DNA of 64,000 bases from an uncultured Gemmatimonadota bacterium (GCA_964550085.1 CAZJXR010000001.1:13027-77026), one strand, 5' to 3'; shown: positions 20,568 through 29,815, numbered from the stretch's first letter. The notes: a model not told the origin generated them from the sequence alone. Program-made: numbers and translations.

Positions 20568-21342
20568 TTTGTGTTGTCGCCCCTTTCGGGCCGGGCCGCG
20601 TTGCACATTGCCGCGCCGCCAGCACATTGCCCGATCGGCTGTTCAGCCCGGTTTCGTTGATCCGACCGCAAACCGATGGCGGTCATCGGCCACCACCGTA
20701 GCGGGAGTCAGCACGAGCCTCGCTCCGTTGCGCTCTCTGCCGCGTCCCTCCGCCACATCCCGTTCGTGCGGGGTAGCCCGTTGCGTGGCGATGACCGGGC
20801 CGGTAACTGGCAAGACATATTCCAAGCCTCCGCCCGCCGGCCGTGTGCTTCGAGCGACAGGTGGCCGCCGGTTTCACGAACAGCCGTTCGACTCCTGCGC
20901 GTCGTGGTCGCTGCGCGCCACCCGTGATTCGGAAAGGGCGCCCGAACGGCACGAACCGGATCCCGGCGTAACTCGCCCGCCGCACTGCCGGCGCCGCGTC
21001 GCGGGCGTCTCTCTCTCCGGGTATCGGCGTGGCGGCCCCGCAACGCGCCGGACGCACGAGGTCGCACCGGCCCGGGCCGAGCGTGGCACTTTGCCGCCGG
21101 CACCGCGCAAAATGCAGTGGAGCCGGCCGGGTTGAGCCGCCGTAGCTGCGGTGCCCCATCCACACGCCGCCCTCCGGCTCCGAGCACGTTTCCGCATACG
21201 CCACCGACGTTTCCGCGGCGATCCCATGTCCAGAACCGGCCAGTGTCCACGATCGGCGTGCTTCTTCCAATGACCGGCCACCCGTTGACCGGGCGGCGCC
21301 GGACAAGCCGCCGACTCCTCCACTCGGACCGGACGCGGTGCC

Positions 21343-21894
21343 ATGCGTGCAGCACGAGAGGTTTCGGATGCGGATGTGGTGGATGAAGTGCTGGGAGGCC
21401 GTGCGGAAGCGTACACGACGCTCGTGCGCCGGTACCAGGGTTTTCTGTTCCGTCACGCGGAGCGGATGACCGGCAGCAGCGACGAAGCCGCCGACATCGT
21501 TCAGATGGCCTTCGTCAAGGGGTTTCGTAATCTCGAGCGGTGTCGCAACCCCGAGCGGGTCGGAGCGTGGCTGTTCCGGATCTCCGCCAACCTGTGCAAG
21601 GATTACCTGAAGAATCGCCGCCGGCTGAACCTGTCATTGCAGGATACGCCCGCCGTCACCACGCGTCGCGACAACCCCGGGGACGTCGCCGAACGCTCCG
21701 AGATGGGCAGCAAGATCGAGGTGGCGCTCCAAAAGCTGGCCGTGGATCAGCGCGAGGCGTTCGTGCTCAAACATGTGGAGGGGCGCTCCTACAAGGAGAT
21801 GTCCGATCTGCTGGAAGCCTCCGTGCCGGCCCTCAAGATGCGGGTTCACCGGGCCCGCGAAGAGCTGCAGACTCTTCTCTCCGTCTATCGCTAG
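21343..21894 (+). CDS. ECF-subfamily RNA polymerase sigma-70 factor
   Basis: Region 2 (YQGFLFRHAERMTGSSDEAADIVQMAFVKGF) and region 4 (FVLKHVEGRSYKEMSDLLEASVPALKMRVHRAREEL). Confidence 0.85.
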   Translation: MRAAREVSDADVVDEVLGGRAEAYTTLVRRYQGFLFRHAERMTGSSDEAADIVQMAFVKGFRNLERCRNPERVGAWLFRISANLCKDYLKNRRRLNLSLQDTPAVTTRRDNPGDVAERSEMGSKIEVALQKLAVDQREAFVLKHVEGRSYKEMSDLLEASVPALKMRVHRAREELQTLLSVYR

Positions 21895-21928
21895 TCACAG
21901 GCACCGCCCGTAGGCAGGGCGAACGGGG

Positions 21929-23110
21929 ATGTCGCCGGCCGGACATTCCATCCCGGTAACCCTTCCGACGAGGTTGGTGAGCCGCGCCTTCCTCGCGTTC
22001 GCCGTGCCGCTCTTCGCGTTTCCCGTACCGGTGCGGGCGCAGGCGAGCGGGAGCCCGGCGCTGATCCTCGACGCGGGCATCGCCCACTCCCTCCCGCCCG
22101 GCGAGGCGATCCTCGACGAGTCGGTGTCGTACGGACTGCTTGGAGTGCGGGTCGACGTTCCCGTCAGTCGCGCCCTGTTGCTGTTCGGCTCCGCCTACGG
22201 GGGTCTCACCACCGAGGCGCACGAGGGGAACTGGGCCTCGGGCACCGTCGGAATGGGTCTGGTCCATCCCGTGGGGACGACGGTCGATCTGGGTCTGGCG
22301 GGCTGGGGCAGCGGGTTCACGGTCGGCGGTCAGTTCCCGTACCGCGGCGTCACCGCCCGGCTGTCGCCGGAGCTCCGCCTGTTCTCCGGTAGCTGGTCGG
22401 CGGCGGCTCGCCTGACGGGAGCGATCGGCCGCACACACACGACCTTCCGGCGGCTCGATCGCGCGCTCACCTTCGCGAACGACGTGTGGAGCTGGGGGGC
22501 AAGTGTGGAGGTCGGCCGCACGGCGGGAGCCGCAGGCGCGTCGATGGCGTTCGACGCCTTCGACAGTTCGAGCGGGGCGTACTATGCGGGATCCGCGCGC
22601 GCGCGCCTGGCAACGGGTCCGGTGACCACGCGCCTGGAGCTGGACGTGTGGCAAACGCCGACGGGGTTCGAACCGGCAGGGAGGGTCGCCCTGTCGGTCG
22701 CGCTCGGACGGACAGTCGAGACCGAGCTGTACGGAGGGCGCTCGCCGCCCGATCCACTGCTGGCGACCCGGCCGGCGGCGGACTTTGGCGCCATCCTCAG
22801 CTGGCAGTTGCTCGGCTTCCCGAGCGTCGCTCCCGAGGCGCCGCCGCGCCCGGACAGCGTGATGGTCGCGGTTCAGCTCCGATACGAAGGCGCCGAGAAG
22901 GTGTACGTGGTGGGTGATTTCACCCTCTGGATCCCGGAGCCGATGCAGCTTCACGCCGGCGAGTGGGAGGTGCAGCTTTCGGTGGAGCCGGGAGTGTACG
23001 AATACGGGTTCATCGTGGATGGCGACTGGTACGTGCCCCTCGATGCGGGAGGACTCTCCACCGATGACTGGGGGCAGTTGACGGCCACACTCGTCGTTCC
23101 GCCTCCGTGA
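21929..23110 (+). CDS. Secreted protein with beta-strand-rich N-terminal domain and C-terminal glycogen-binding (CBM48/AMPK-beta-like) domain
   Basis: Signal AFAVPLFAFPVPVRAQA. C-terminus KVYVVGDFTLWIPEPMQL...GEWEVQLSVEPGVYEYGFIVDGDWY matches the AMPK1_CBM/CBM48 signature. Confidence 0.6.
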   Translation: MSPAGHSIPVTLPTRLVSRAFLAFAVPLFAFPVPVRAQASGSPALILDAGIAHSLPPGEAILDESVSYGLLGVRVDVPVSRALLLFGSAYGGLTTEAHEGNWASGTVGMGLVHPVGTTVDLGLAGWGSGFTVGGQFPYRGVTARLSPELRLFSGSWSAAARLTGAIGRTHTTFRRLDRALTFANDVWSWGASVEVGRTAGAAGASMAFDAFDSSSGAYYAGSARARLATGPVTTRLELDVWQTPTGFEPAGRVALSVALGRTVETELYGGRSPPDPLLATRPAADFGAILSWQLLGFPSVAPEAPPRPDSVMVAVQLRYEGAEKVYVVGDFTLWIPEPMQLHAGEWEVQLSVEPGVYEYGFIVDGDWYVPLDAGGLSTDDWGQLTATLVVPPP

Positions 23111-23263
23111 GGAGTGTGCCTTCAGCGTCCAGATAGGGCCGGCCCGTGATTGAGGGTCGCTGCGCGGCACCGTATTGTATACGACCGCCGGCTCCGGCCG
23201 CGGCGTGATCGACCTTCATTCCGTGAACGGTCCACACCGACCGCTCGTCAGCGTCTTCAGGGG

Positions 23264-24397
23264 GTGGCCTTGGCGTCGAGCGAACTCAGCGTCCACATCA
23301 TTGGGTCGGGGAGCTTCCTCCCGCCCACCGCGCTCGAAAACGCGGACCTGTTCGAGATGCCATCCATCCGCGAGAACTTCGACGTGGAAAAAGCGCGCGG
23401 CACGCTTCGCAACGGTGCCCAGGTGGATGACCTGACGCCGGTCGAAGTGTTCGATCTGTGGTCGCGACAGGTGACCGGGATTCGGGCCCGCCGGGTGCTC
23501 GACGCCGATGGGGAGACGACGACGGAAGACATGTGCGCCGAGGCGGGACGGCGGGCGCTGATGGCGGCCGGCATGTCCGCCGCCGAGCTCGACCTCATCA
23601 TCATCGCCTCGCTCACCGCATCGGAGGAGGTCCCGAACGTGGCCTGCACGGTCGCGTCGCTGCTCGGGGCGCCGTGGGTGGGCGGCTACGTCCTGAACGC
23701 GGCCTGTGCCGGCTTCATCTACGCGCTGGCCACCGGCTACTCCTTTCTGCGGGCGGGCGTCGCCGAGACGGCTCTCGTCATCTCGGGCGATGCGCTCTCG
23801 CACATCACCGACTATTCGGACCCGAAGACGGCGGTGCTGTTCGGGGACGGGGCCGGGGCGGTGGTGCTGCGAGCCCTGCCGACGGGCGGCGGCATTCTGG
23901 GCCGTCCCTTCCTCGCCGCCGAGTACTCGCACGAGCACATGAACCTGCGGGGTCAGTGGTGGGCCATCGAGGGGGCGGAGGAGGCGCGGCTTCGGATGGG
24001 CGGTGGGCCGAAGGTGTTGAAGCAGGCGATCAACGCCATGGCCGAGGTGGCGCGCAACGCGCTCGAGACGACCGGTCTGTCGTGGGATGATATCGACTTC
24101 GTCATCCCCCACCAGGCCAATCTGCGAATCACCAAGGGGCTCGAGAAACAGTTGCGGCTGAGCAAGGGACGGGTGATTCACACGATCGAGGACTACGGCA
24201 ACATGTCGGCCTCGACCGTTCCGATCGCCCTGGATGAAGTGCTGCGCGGCAAGCACGGCGCGGTGCCGGATCCTGCCCGCCTCGTCCTCACCGCCGTCGG
24301 CGGCGGGTACACGAGCGGCGCGGCCGTCGTCGAGTGGCGGCCCGGTGTCGCGGCAGGCAGCCGATCGACCCCGTCGGTGATCGAGCGTCGCGGCTGA
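23264..24397 (+). CDS. fabH: 3-oxoacyl-ACP synthase III (FabH/KAS III) family protein
   Basis: Active-site context ACAGFIYAL, FVIPHQANLRI and GNMSASTVPIAL motifs. Start set to GTG 23264 (TTG 23270 is also possible). Confidence 0.75.
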   Translation: MALASSELSVHIIGSGSFLPPTALENADLFEMPSIRENFDVEKARGTLRNGAQVDDLTPVEVFDLWSRQVTGIRARRVLDADGETTTEDMCAEAGRRALMAAGMSAAELDLIIIASLTASEEVPNVACTVASLLGAPWVGGYVLNAACAGFIYALATGYSFLRAGVAETALVISGDALSHITDYSDPKTAVLFGDGAGAVVLRALPTGGGILGRPFLAAEYSHEHMNLRGQWWAIEGAEEARLRMGGGPKVLKQAINAMAEVARNALETTGLSWDDIDFVIPHQANLRITKGLEKQLRLSKGRVIHTIEDYGNMSASTVPIALDEVLRGKHGAVPDPARLVLTAVGGGYTSGAAVVEWRPGVAAGSRSTPSVIERRG

Positions 24398-24407
24398 GCG
24401 GCCCGCT

Positions 24408-25520
24408 CTACGCCGCGGGCGGACCCGCGCTCGCGGTCACCGACAGCACCTTGGGGAGGAAGCCGGCGATCAACTCCCACCGCCGGCCGTCGCGGCTGCC
24501 GAACAGCTGTCCGGTCGACGTTCCGAAGTACACCCCGCACGGCTCGAGGCCGTCGCTCGCCATCGCTTCACGAAGGATCGAGACGTAGGCGTGCGCCTGT
24601 GGCAAGCCCTCCTCCCGAGCCGTCCACGAGCGGCCGGCGTCCGTCGTTTCGAACACCCGGAGCCGCGCATCGCACACCGACCGCATATGGCTGCTCTCCT
24701 CGGGAATCACCCAGCAGCGGGCCGGGTCGGACGGATCGAGGGCGAGCGCGTACCCGAAGTCGCTCGGAAGCCCGTCCGACAGCTCCACCCACGTCTCCCC
24801 GCGATCATCGCTCCGGTAGAAGCCGCAGTGATTCTGCTGGTAGAGTCGATCCGGCGCCGCTGGATGCAGACGGACGTTGTGCACGCACTGTCCGGCCTCC
24901 GGCATCGGGTCGGGGAGGAAGTCGGCCCGCACGCCCCGGTTGACCGGTCGCCACGTCGCTCCGCGGTCGTCCGTTCGGTACACCCCACCTGCGGAGAGGG
25001 AGACGTAGACGATCCCGGGATCACGGGGGTCGACCTGGATCGAGTGCAGGGCGAGTCCACCCTTGGCCGGTTGCCACAGTCTCCGGGTCGGCTGCTGGTC
25101 CAGGCTCTCCACCCAGCGCCAGCTCTCGCCGAGGTCGTCGCTGACGAAGAGCGCGCCGGGCTCCACCCCGGCGTACAGCCGTCGGGGCTCCTCGACCCCT
25201 CCGGGCGCCAGGTGCCAGATGGCGGCCACCTGGCGGCCGGCCTCCGGCGGCAAAGCAGGCCGTCCGGGCAGCTGCTCCCAGCTCCTCCCCAGGTCCCGGC
25301 TGCGATAGACGTGAGTCCCCCACACGACGTGATCGACGGCCGCGTACGCGTTGCGGCCATCCCGCGGATCGACGATCGCATGGTAGACCTCGTGTCCCTC
25401 GATGTGCGGTCCGTCCAGCTCCCACGCCGCCCGCATCGCGTCGGATGTGGCTACGAACAGCCCCTTGCGGGTTCCAACCAGCAGGGTGACCGCGGTGCCG
25501 CCGGGCGGGTCACTCGGCAT
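24408..25520 (-). CDS. BNR/Asp-box repeat protein (sialidase-like / Ycf48-like beta-propeller)
   Basis: Repeated S-x-D-x-G-x-(T/S)-W motifs (SRDLGRSW, SDDLGESW, TDDRGATW, SDDRGETW, TDAGRSW). Start at the internal ATG 25520. Confidence 0.65.
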   Translation of the reverse strand: MPSDPPGGTAVTLLVGTRKGLFVATSDAMRAAWELDGPHIEGHEVYHAIVDPRDGRNAYAAVDHVVWGTHVYRSRDLGRSWEQLPGRPALPPEAGRQVAAIWHLAPGGVEEPRRLYAGVEPGALFVSDDLGESWRWVESLDQQPTRRLWQPAKGGLALHSIQVDPRDPGIVYVSLSAGGVYRTDDRGATWRPVNRGVRADFLPDPMPEAGQCVHNVRLHPAAPDRLYQQNHCGFYRSDDRGETWVELSDGLPSDFGYALALDPSDPARCWVIPEESSHMRSVCDARLRVFETTDAGRSWTAREEGLPQAHAYVSILREAMASDGLEPCGVYFGTSTGQLFGSRDGRRWELIAGFLPKVLSVTASAGPPAA

Positions 25521-26775
25521 CGCCACCCACGTAATCGCGCAGCGGCAGCAGCTCGAGCTCCGCACCGCGTTCCAGTCGCTCCACGTCCTCCGGGATGATG
25601 GCCAGGCCATCGGCGGCGCTCATCGAGGTGAGGATGCCGGACCCTTGCGGTCCGGTGAGGACGACGGTGAGAAGCCCGCGTGCGCGTCCGGATGCACGCG
25701 CCCGGAGGAAATGCGTCAGGCCGGGCGCTGAGCGGATGTCCTCGCCGGCGATGGCGCGCAGCGATCGTCGGAACGGCCGCGCGTGGCCCGCCATCTTCCG
25801 GATCGCCGGCCGGAGAAAGATCTCGAAGGTGACCATGGCCGAGACAGGGTTGCCGGGTAGACTCCACACCGGTCGCCCGTCCAGCAGGCCAAGCGAAAGC
25901 GGGCTGCCCGGTCGAATCCGCGCCCGCCAGAAGACTCGTTCCATGCCGAGGTCGGCGAGGGCCGCCTTCACGTGGTCGTGCTCGCCCACGCTCACCCCGG
26001 CGGTGGAAATGATCGCGTCGAGGTTCGCCGCCCCCTCGAGCTTCTCTCGCACGTCGGCCGGGTCGTCGCGAGCGATCCCGAGCGCGACCGCGTCGGCACC
26101 CGCGTCGGCCAGCTGCGCGGCGAGCGCGTAGCTGTTCGAGTTCATGATGCGGCGTCCGGCGATCACCTGATCGAGCTGGTCGAAGTCCGCCAGCTCATCG
26201 CCGTTGGCCAGCACGCCGATGCGGGGCCGTCGATGGACGACCACCCGCGCGTGACCGGTCATCGCCAGGATCCCGATGACGGCCGGCGTCGCCTCCGATC
26301 CTCGCGCGGCCACCATCTCGCCGCGGGTCACGTCCTCGCCGGCGCGCCGGATATTGCGCTCGGCATCGGTGGCGGCGAAGACGGTCACCCGGGCGCCGGG
26401 CCCGCCGTCGGTGTGCTCCACCCGAATCACGCCGGTGGCACCGTCGGGCACCGGCGCTCCGGTGGTGATCCGGACCGCGGTTCCCGGCCGCAAGGGGCCG
26501 GTCGGGAAGCGACCGGCGGGGACATCGTCCGACACGGCGAGCACGATCGGCGCACTCGCCGTCGCTCCGGCGACGTCGGCGGCGCGGACGGCAAAGCCGT
26601 CCATGGCGCTGTTGTCCCACGGCGGATGCGCGATCGGGGACACGACATCTTCGGCCAGCGCGCGGCCGAGAGCCCGCTCCAGGCTCGTCGTCTCCGTCTC
26701 GAGTGGGGAGACGTGCGACAGGATGGCGTGGCGCGCTTCCTCGTACGATAGCCATTCCGGGTCGGGCCGGCTCAC
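25510..26775 (-). CDS. moeA: Molybdopterin molybdotransferase
   Basis: PPWDNSAMDGFAVR, GATGVIRVEHT and IISTAGVSVGEHD MoeA motifs. GTG start at 26775 overlaps the dacB stop (GTGA). Track ORF fused upstream to 27783. Confidence 0.85.
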   Translation of the reverse strand: MSRPDPEWLSYEEARHAILSHVSPLETETTSLERALGRALAEDVVSPIAHPPWDNSAMDGFAVRAADVAGATASAPIVLAVSDDVPAGRFPTGPLRPGTAVRITTGAPVPDGATGVIRVEHTDGGPGARVTVFAATDAERNIRRAGEDVTRGEMVAARGSEATPAVIGILAMTGHARVVVHRRPRIGVLANGDELADFDQLDQVIAGRRIMNSNSYALAAQLADAGADAVALGIARDDPADVREKLEGAANLDAIISTAGVSVGEHDHVKAALADLGMERVFWRARIRPGSPLSLGLLDGRPVWSLPGNPVSAMVTFEIFLRPAIRKMAGHARPFRRSLRAIAGEDIRSAPGLTHFLRARASGRARGLLTVVLTGPQGSGILTSMSAADGLAIIPEDVERLERGAELELLPLRDYVGGDAE

Positions 26776-28325
26776 CGATCCGTGCCGGTCCGGAACTGCG
26801 GCCAGCCGACGTCGATCGGCCGGTGGTAGAGGGCGAGCTGCTCCACGATGAGATCCTCGATCGCCACCGCCACATCGCCCGGGGAGTCGTACCCGTTCAG
26901 GAGCAGCGAGAAGACGATCGTCTCGCCATCGCCGTCGGTCAGGTAGCCGGAGAGCGCGCGGACGGAGGTGAGCGAGCCGGTCTTGGCCCGCACGTTGCCG
27001 GCGGCCGGTGTGCCCACCATTCGGGCCCGCAGCGTCCCGTCGATGGCCCCGATCGGCATCGCTTCGAGCCACACCGCGTGATCCGGATGGCGCCACATCG
27101 CCCGCAGCAGGCGAGTCATCGCCATCGGCGTCACCTCGTTGTAACGGGAGAGGCCCGAGCCGTCGCTGAGGTCGATTGCGCCCGGCTCGATCCCCCACTC
27201 GGCCAACGTCGACTGCACGACCGCCAGGCCTTCGGTGTCCGACCCCGAGGTGCCTTCGACGGATCCGATCGTCCGCAGGATCGATTCGGCGATCTGGTTG
27301 TCGCTCGGCTTGAGCAGCTCGGCGAGGACGGCGCCCAGCGAGTCCGACTCGAAGGCGGCGCCCCAGGTCGAGTCCTCGGGCATCTCCTCGCCGTGCGCGC
27401 GGCGATAGCTCCCGCCGACCGAGATTCCCGAGTCGGCGAAGGCGCGGGCGAGGTGCTCGAGCAGGTAGGGCGTCGGATGCTCCGCCGCCAGGAAAAGCCC
27501 GATCGAATCCGCGTTGGCCGGCACCCAGCCCCACAGCTCCACCGGTCCGCCGTCCGCGGAGGGGCGAAAACGGAGCCGGACCTCCGAGTCCGGCGGGCCG
27601 GTCCGCACACGCGTCGCGATCCGGATCGGGACGACGTCGGTCGCGAAGCGCAGCGTGGCAGGGTCGCCGAGCAGCGGACCCGGCTGAAGCCAACCCCGGG
27701 CCGAGCTCGGGTGCACCTGAAGGCCGGTCACGCCGGCCGCCCACCCGGCATACAGGTCGTCCCACATCCAGCCGATCCCCCACTGGGGTGGCTCGAACAG
27801 CCGGTCGTCGCCGATCACGTCGCCGCTTATGTGGCGAATCCCGGCCTGCCGCAGCGCACCGACCCAGCGGGCGAGGGCGGAGCGCTTGAGGCGAGGATCA
27901 CCGCCCCCGATGACCCACAGCGATCCATCCAGCTCGCTGTCCCGGATCGGGCCGCTGGCGATCAGACGCGTCCACCAGCGGTATCCGGGCCCCAGCTCGC
28001 GTAACGCCACAGCCGCGGTAACGATCTTCGTGTTGCTGGCGGGGGTGAATCGGCGCTCGCCGTCCCGCTCGAACAGGATCTCGCCCGTCTCGGCCACCTG
28101 GACGACGAGCCCGACGTGGGCGCGGGTGAGCGACGGGTCCTCGAGCAAACGCGACAGCCGGGAGCGCAGCTCGGCCGCGTCCGCCAGCGGGCGGGAGGCG
28201 ACCACGACGGCGCTCGAATCGCTCGCGATCTCTTGGGCGACCACCGCCGACGGGCCGAGACCGATCGCCGCCGACGGGCCGAGGCCGATCGCCGCCGACA
28301 GAACGAAGAGCGCCCTCGTCCTCAT
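26772..28325 (-). CDS. dacB: D-alanyl-D-alanine carboxypeptidase/endopeptidase, PBP4 family (peptidase S13)
   Basis: SNTK (SxxK), SDN and KTG motifs. Signal peptide carries a tandem AIGLGPSA duplication. Confidence 0.8.
   Translation of the reverse strand: MRTRALFVLSAAIGLGPSAAIGLGPSAVVAQEIASDSSAVVVASRPLADAAELRSRLSRLLEDPSLTRAHVGLVVQVAETGEILFERDGERRFTPASNTKIVTAAVALRELGPGYRWWTRLIASGPIRDSELDGSLWVIGGGDPRLKRSALARWVGALRQAGIRHISGDVIGDDRLFEPPQWGIGWMWDDLYAGWAAGVTGLQVHPSSARGWLQPGPLLGDPATLRFATDVVPIRIATRVRTGPPDSEVRLRFRPSADGGPVELWGWVPANADSIGLFLAAEHPTPYLLEHLARAFADSGISVGGSYRRAHGEEMPEDSTWGAAFESDSLGAVLAELLKPSDNQIAESILRTIGSVEGTSGSDTEGLAVVQSTLAEWGIEPGAIDLSDGSGLSRYNEVTPMAMTRLLRAMWRHPDHAVWLEAMPIGAIDGTLRARMVGTPAAGNVRAKTGSLTSVRALSGYLTDGDGETIVFSLLLNGYDSPGDVAVAIEDLIVEQLALYHRPIDVGWPQFRTGTDR
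28243..28300. repeat. 24-bp tandem repeat (~2.5 copies) inside the dacB signal-peptide coding region
   Basis: cgccgacgggccgagaccgat cgccgccgacgggccgaggccgat cgccgccgaca, which is in-frame (encodes the AIGLGPSA duplication). Confidence 0.8.
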
Positions 28326-28330
28326 GATAT

Positions 28331-28415
28331 CGCCTGTCCCGTCACCAGGTCGCCTGTCGCGTCATGATGTCTGCCTATCGCGTCACGATGCCTGCTTGTC
28401 GCGTCATGATGTGGT
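28331..28415. repeat. Array of 21-bp direct repeats (3 good copies plus 1 degenerate), each containing TCATGA, in the mobA-dacB intergenic region
   Basis: gcgtca recurs at 28359, 28380 and 28401 (exact 21-nt period). Units are cgcctgtcgcgtcatgatgtc / tgcctatcgcgtcacgatgcc / tgcttgtcgcgtcatgatgtg. The dacB start itself sits in a related tcatgatatcgcctgtccc context. Confidence 0.8.
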
Positions 28416-29042
28416 CCCTTTCGATGCGCTTCCGGCGAGCAGCGATTCGGCCAGCCGCCGGTCCTCGGGTCGGTTCACGTTCATGAACATGGTCGCCGGA
28501 TCACCGTAACGGGCCACCTGCTGCGCGTCCAACACGACCACCCGGATCGCGGGGTAAAAGGAAACTACCGCGCGCTCCCCGCGCGCGAGGGCCGCTTCGA
28601 TCGCCCCGCGACATCCGATGCCATACACGGCGCACAGCGGCTCGACCCCGCGCGGCCCCTCGCTGGCGGCGGCGGTCACCGCATTGCGGTCGGCCTCGTC
28701 GACCAGGCGTGCCAGGAGCGCCGGTGGGAGGAAGGGCATGTCGCAGGCAACCGTGAGTGCCACAGCGTATCCCTCCCCCTCGGCCCAACGCACTGCCGTA
28801 TAGACGCCACCCAGTGCCCCGAGTCCCGGCCGCACGTCTGGACGCACATCCGTCTCGATCTCCGCGTAGGTGGCGAGGTCGTTGGCCACCACCACGACGC
28901 GATCGACGGCGTCGCGCAGCGCATCGCCGACTCGATCGATGATGCGGTGGCCGCCGACGCGGGCCAGCGCCTTGTGGGAGCCGAAGCGCCGATTCTGGCC
29001 GCCCGACAGGATGACGCCGAGCGCCTCCGACCGTTCGCTCAT
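28404..29042 (-). CDS. mobA: Molybdenum cofactor guanylyltransferase
   Basis: LGVILSGGQNRRFGSHKAL N-terminal motif. ATG at 29042 inside track ORF 28404..29702. ATGA overlap with fdhD. Confidence 0.8.
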   Translation of the reverse strand: MSERSEALGVILSGGQNRRFGSHKALARVGGHRIIDRVGDALRDAVDRVVVVANDLATYAEIETDVRPDVRPGLGALGGVYTAVRWAEGEGYAVALTVACDMPFLPPALLARLVDEADRNAVTAAASEGPRGVEPLCAVYGIGCRGAIEAALARGERAVVSFYPAIRVVVLDAQQVARYGDPATMFMNVNRPEDRRLAESLLAGSASKGTTS

Positions 29043-29815
29043 CGCGCGGACGCTGCCGGGGTGGGGAGATACACGTACGGCTGCGGACGGCGGGCTCGCC
29101 CGACGATCGTCAAGCCGCACGCGCCGGCGACGTCCCGCGCCAGGGTGGTTGGAACCGACATCGAGGCCACGCCCGGCACACCGGCGCGACACAGCTTGTA
29201 CGCGATGGCGCCCGATATCCGTGCGGTCAGAATGAGGCTTACATCGCGGGCCGCAAGCCCGCGGAGCGCCGCGGTGCCCATGAGCTTGTCGACCAGGTTG
29301 TGACGCCCGACATCCTCCAGCACCGTGACCAGCTGGCCCTCCGATACGAGGGCGCCGGTGTGTACGCCACCGCCGGCGTCCCGCAAGGTCGCCCGCTCGA
29401 ACATGGCGGTGAACAGACGGTGCAGACGGTCCGAATCGAGGAGCGCCACATCGACGGGGGCCGGGTGGCGCCGTGCGGCGGGAGCGCCAGCGGACCGGCG
29501 GGCGATGGGATCCGCGCCGGGGCCGATCTCGCCCCGCTCGCCGGACTCGTCCGGGACCCGAGACGGTGCGGAGTGCAGCTCGACCCGAATGCACGATCCC
29601 TCGGGATCCGTCTCGGTCCGGGCGACCGCGCGCGCCGAGTCGATGATGCCTTCGCCGAGCAACCAGCCGACGGCGAGCGCGTCGAGATGCCCCGACGAGC
29701 AATAGAAGCGGGTCGTCTTCCTCCCGTCCACGTAGAGCGTGACCTCACGCTCCTCGGCCGCGTACGGGCCGTCGTCGGTTGACCGATCCTCCGTGGCGCT
29801 CCGTTCGGCTGTCAT
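29039..29815 (-). CDS. fdhD: Formate dehydrogenase accessory sulfurtransferase
   Basis: GRHNLVDKLMG and C-terminal CGLTIVG FdhD-like motifs. 258 aa. Confidence 0.75.
   Translation of the reverse strand: MTAERSATEDRSTDDGPYAAEEREVTLYVDGRKTTRFYCSSGHLDALAVGWLLGEGIIDSARAVARTETDPEGSCIRVELHSAPSRVPDESGERGEIGPGADPIARRSAGAPAARRHPAPVDVALLDSDRLHRLFTAMFERATLRDAGGGVHTGALVSEGQLVTVLEDVGRHNLVDKLMGTAALRGLAARDVSLILTARISGAIAYKLCRAGVPGVASMSVPTTLARDVAGACGLTIVGRARRPQPYVYLPTPAASAR

Noticed and set aside
28243-28415. Possibility that the 24-bp and 21-bp tandem repeats are a CRISPR array
   Set aside because: Repeats are too short, the spacers are not unique (the units abut), no cas genes are present, and one array is in-frame coding sequence.
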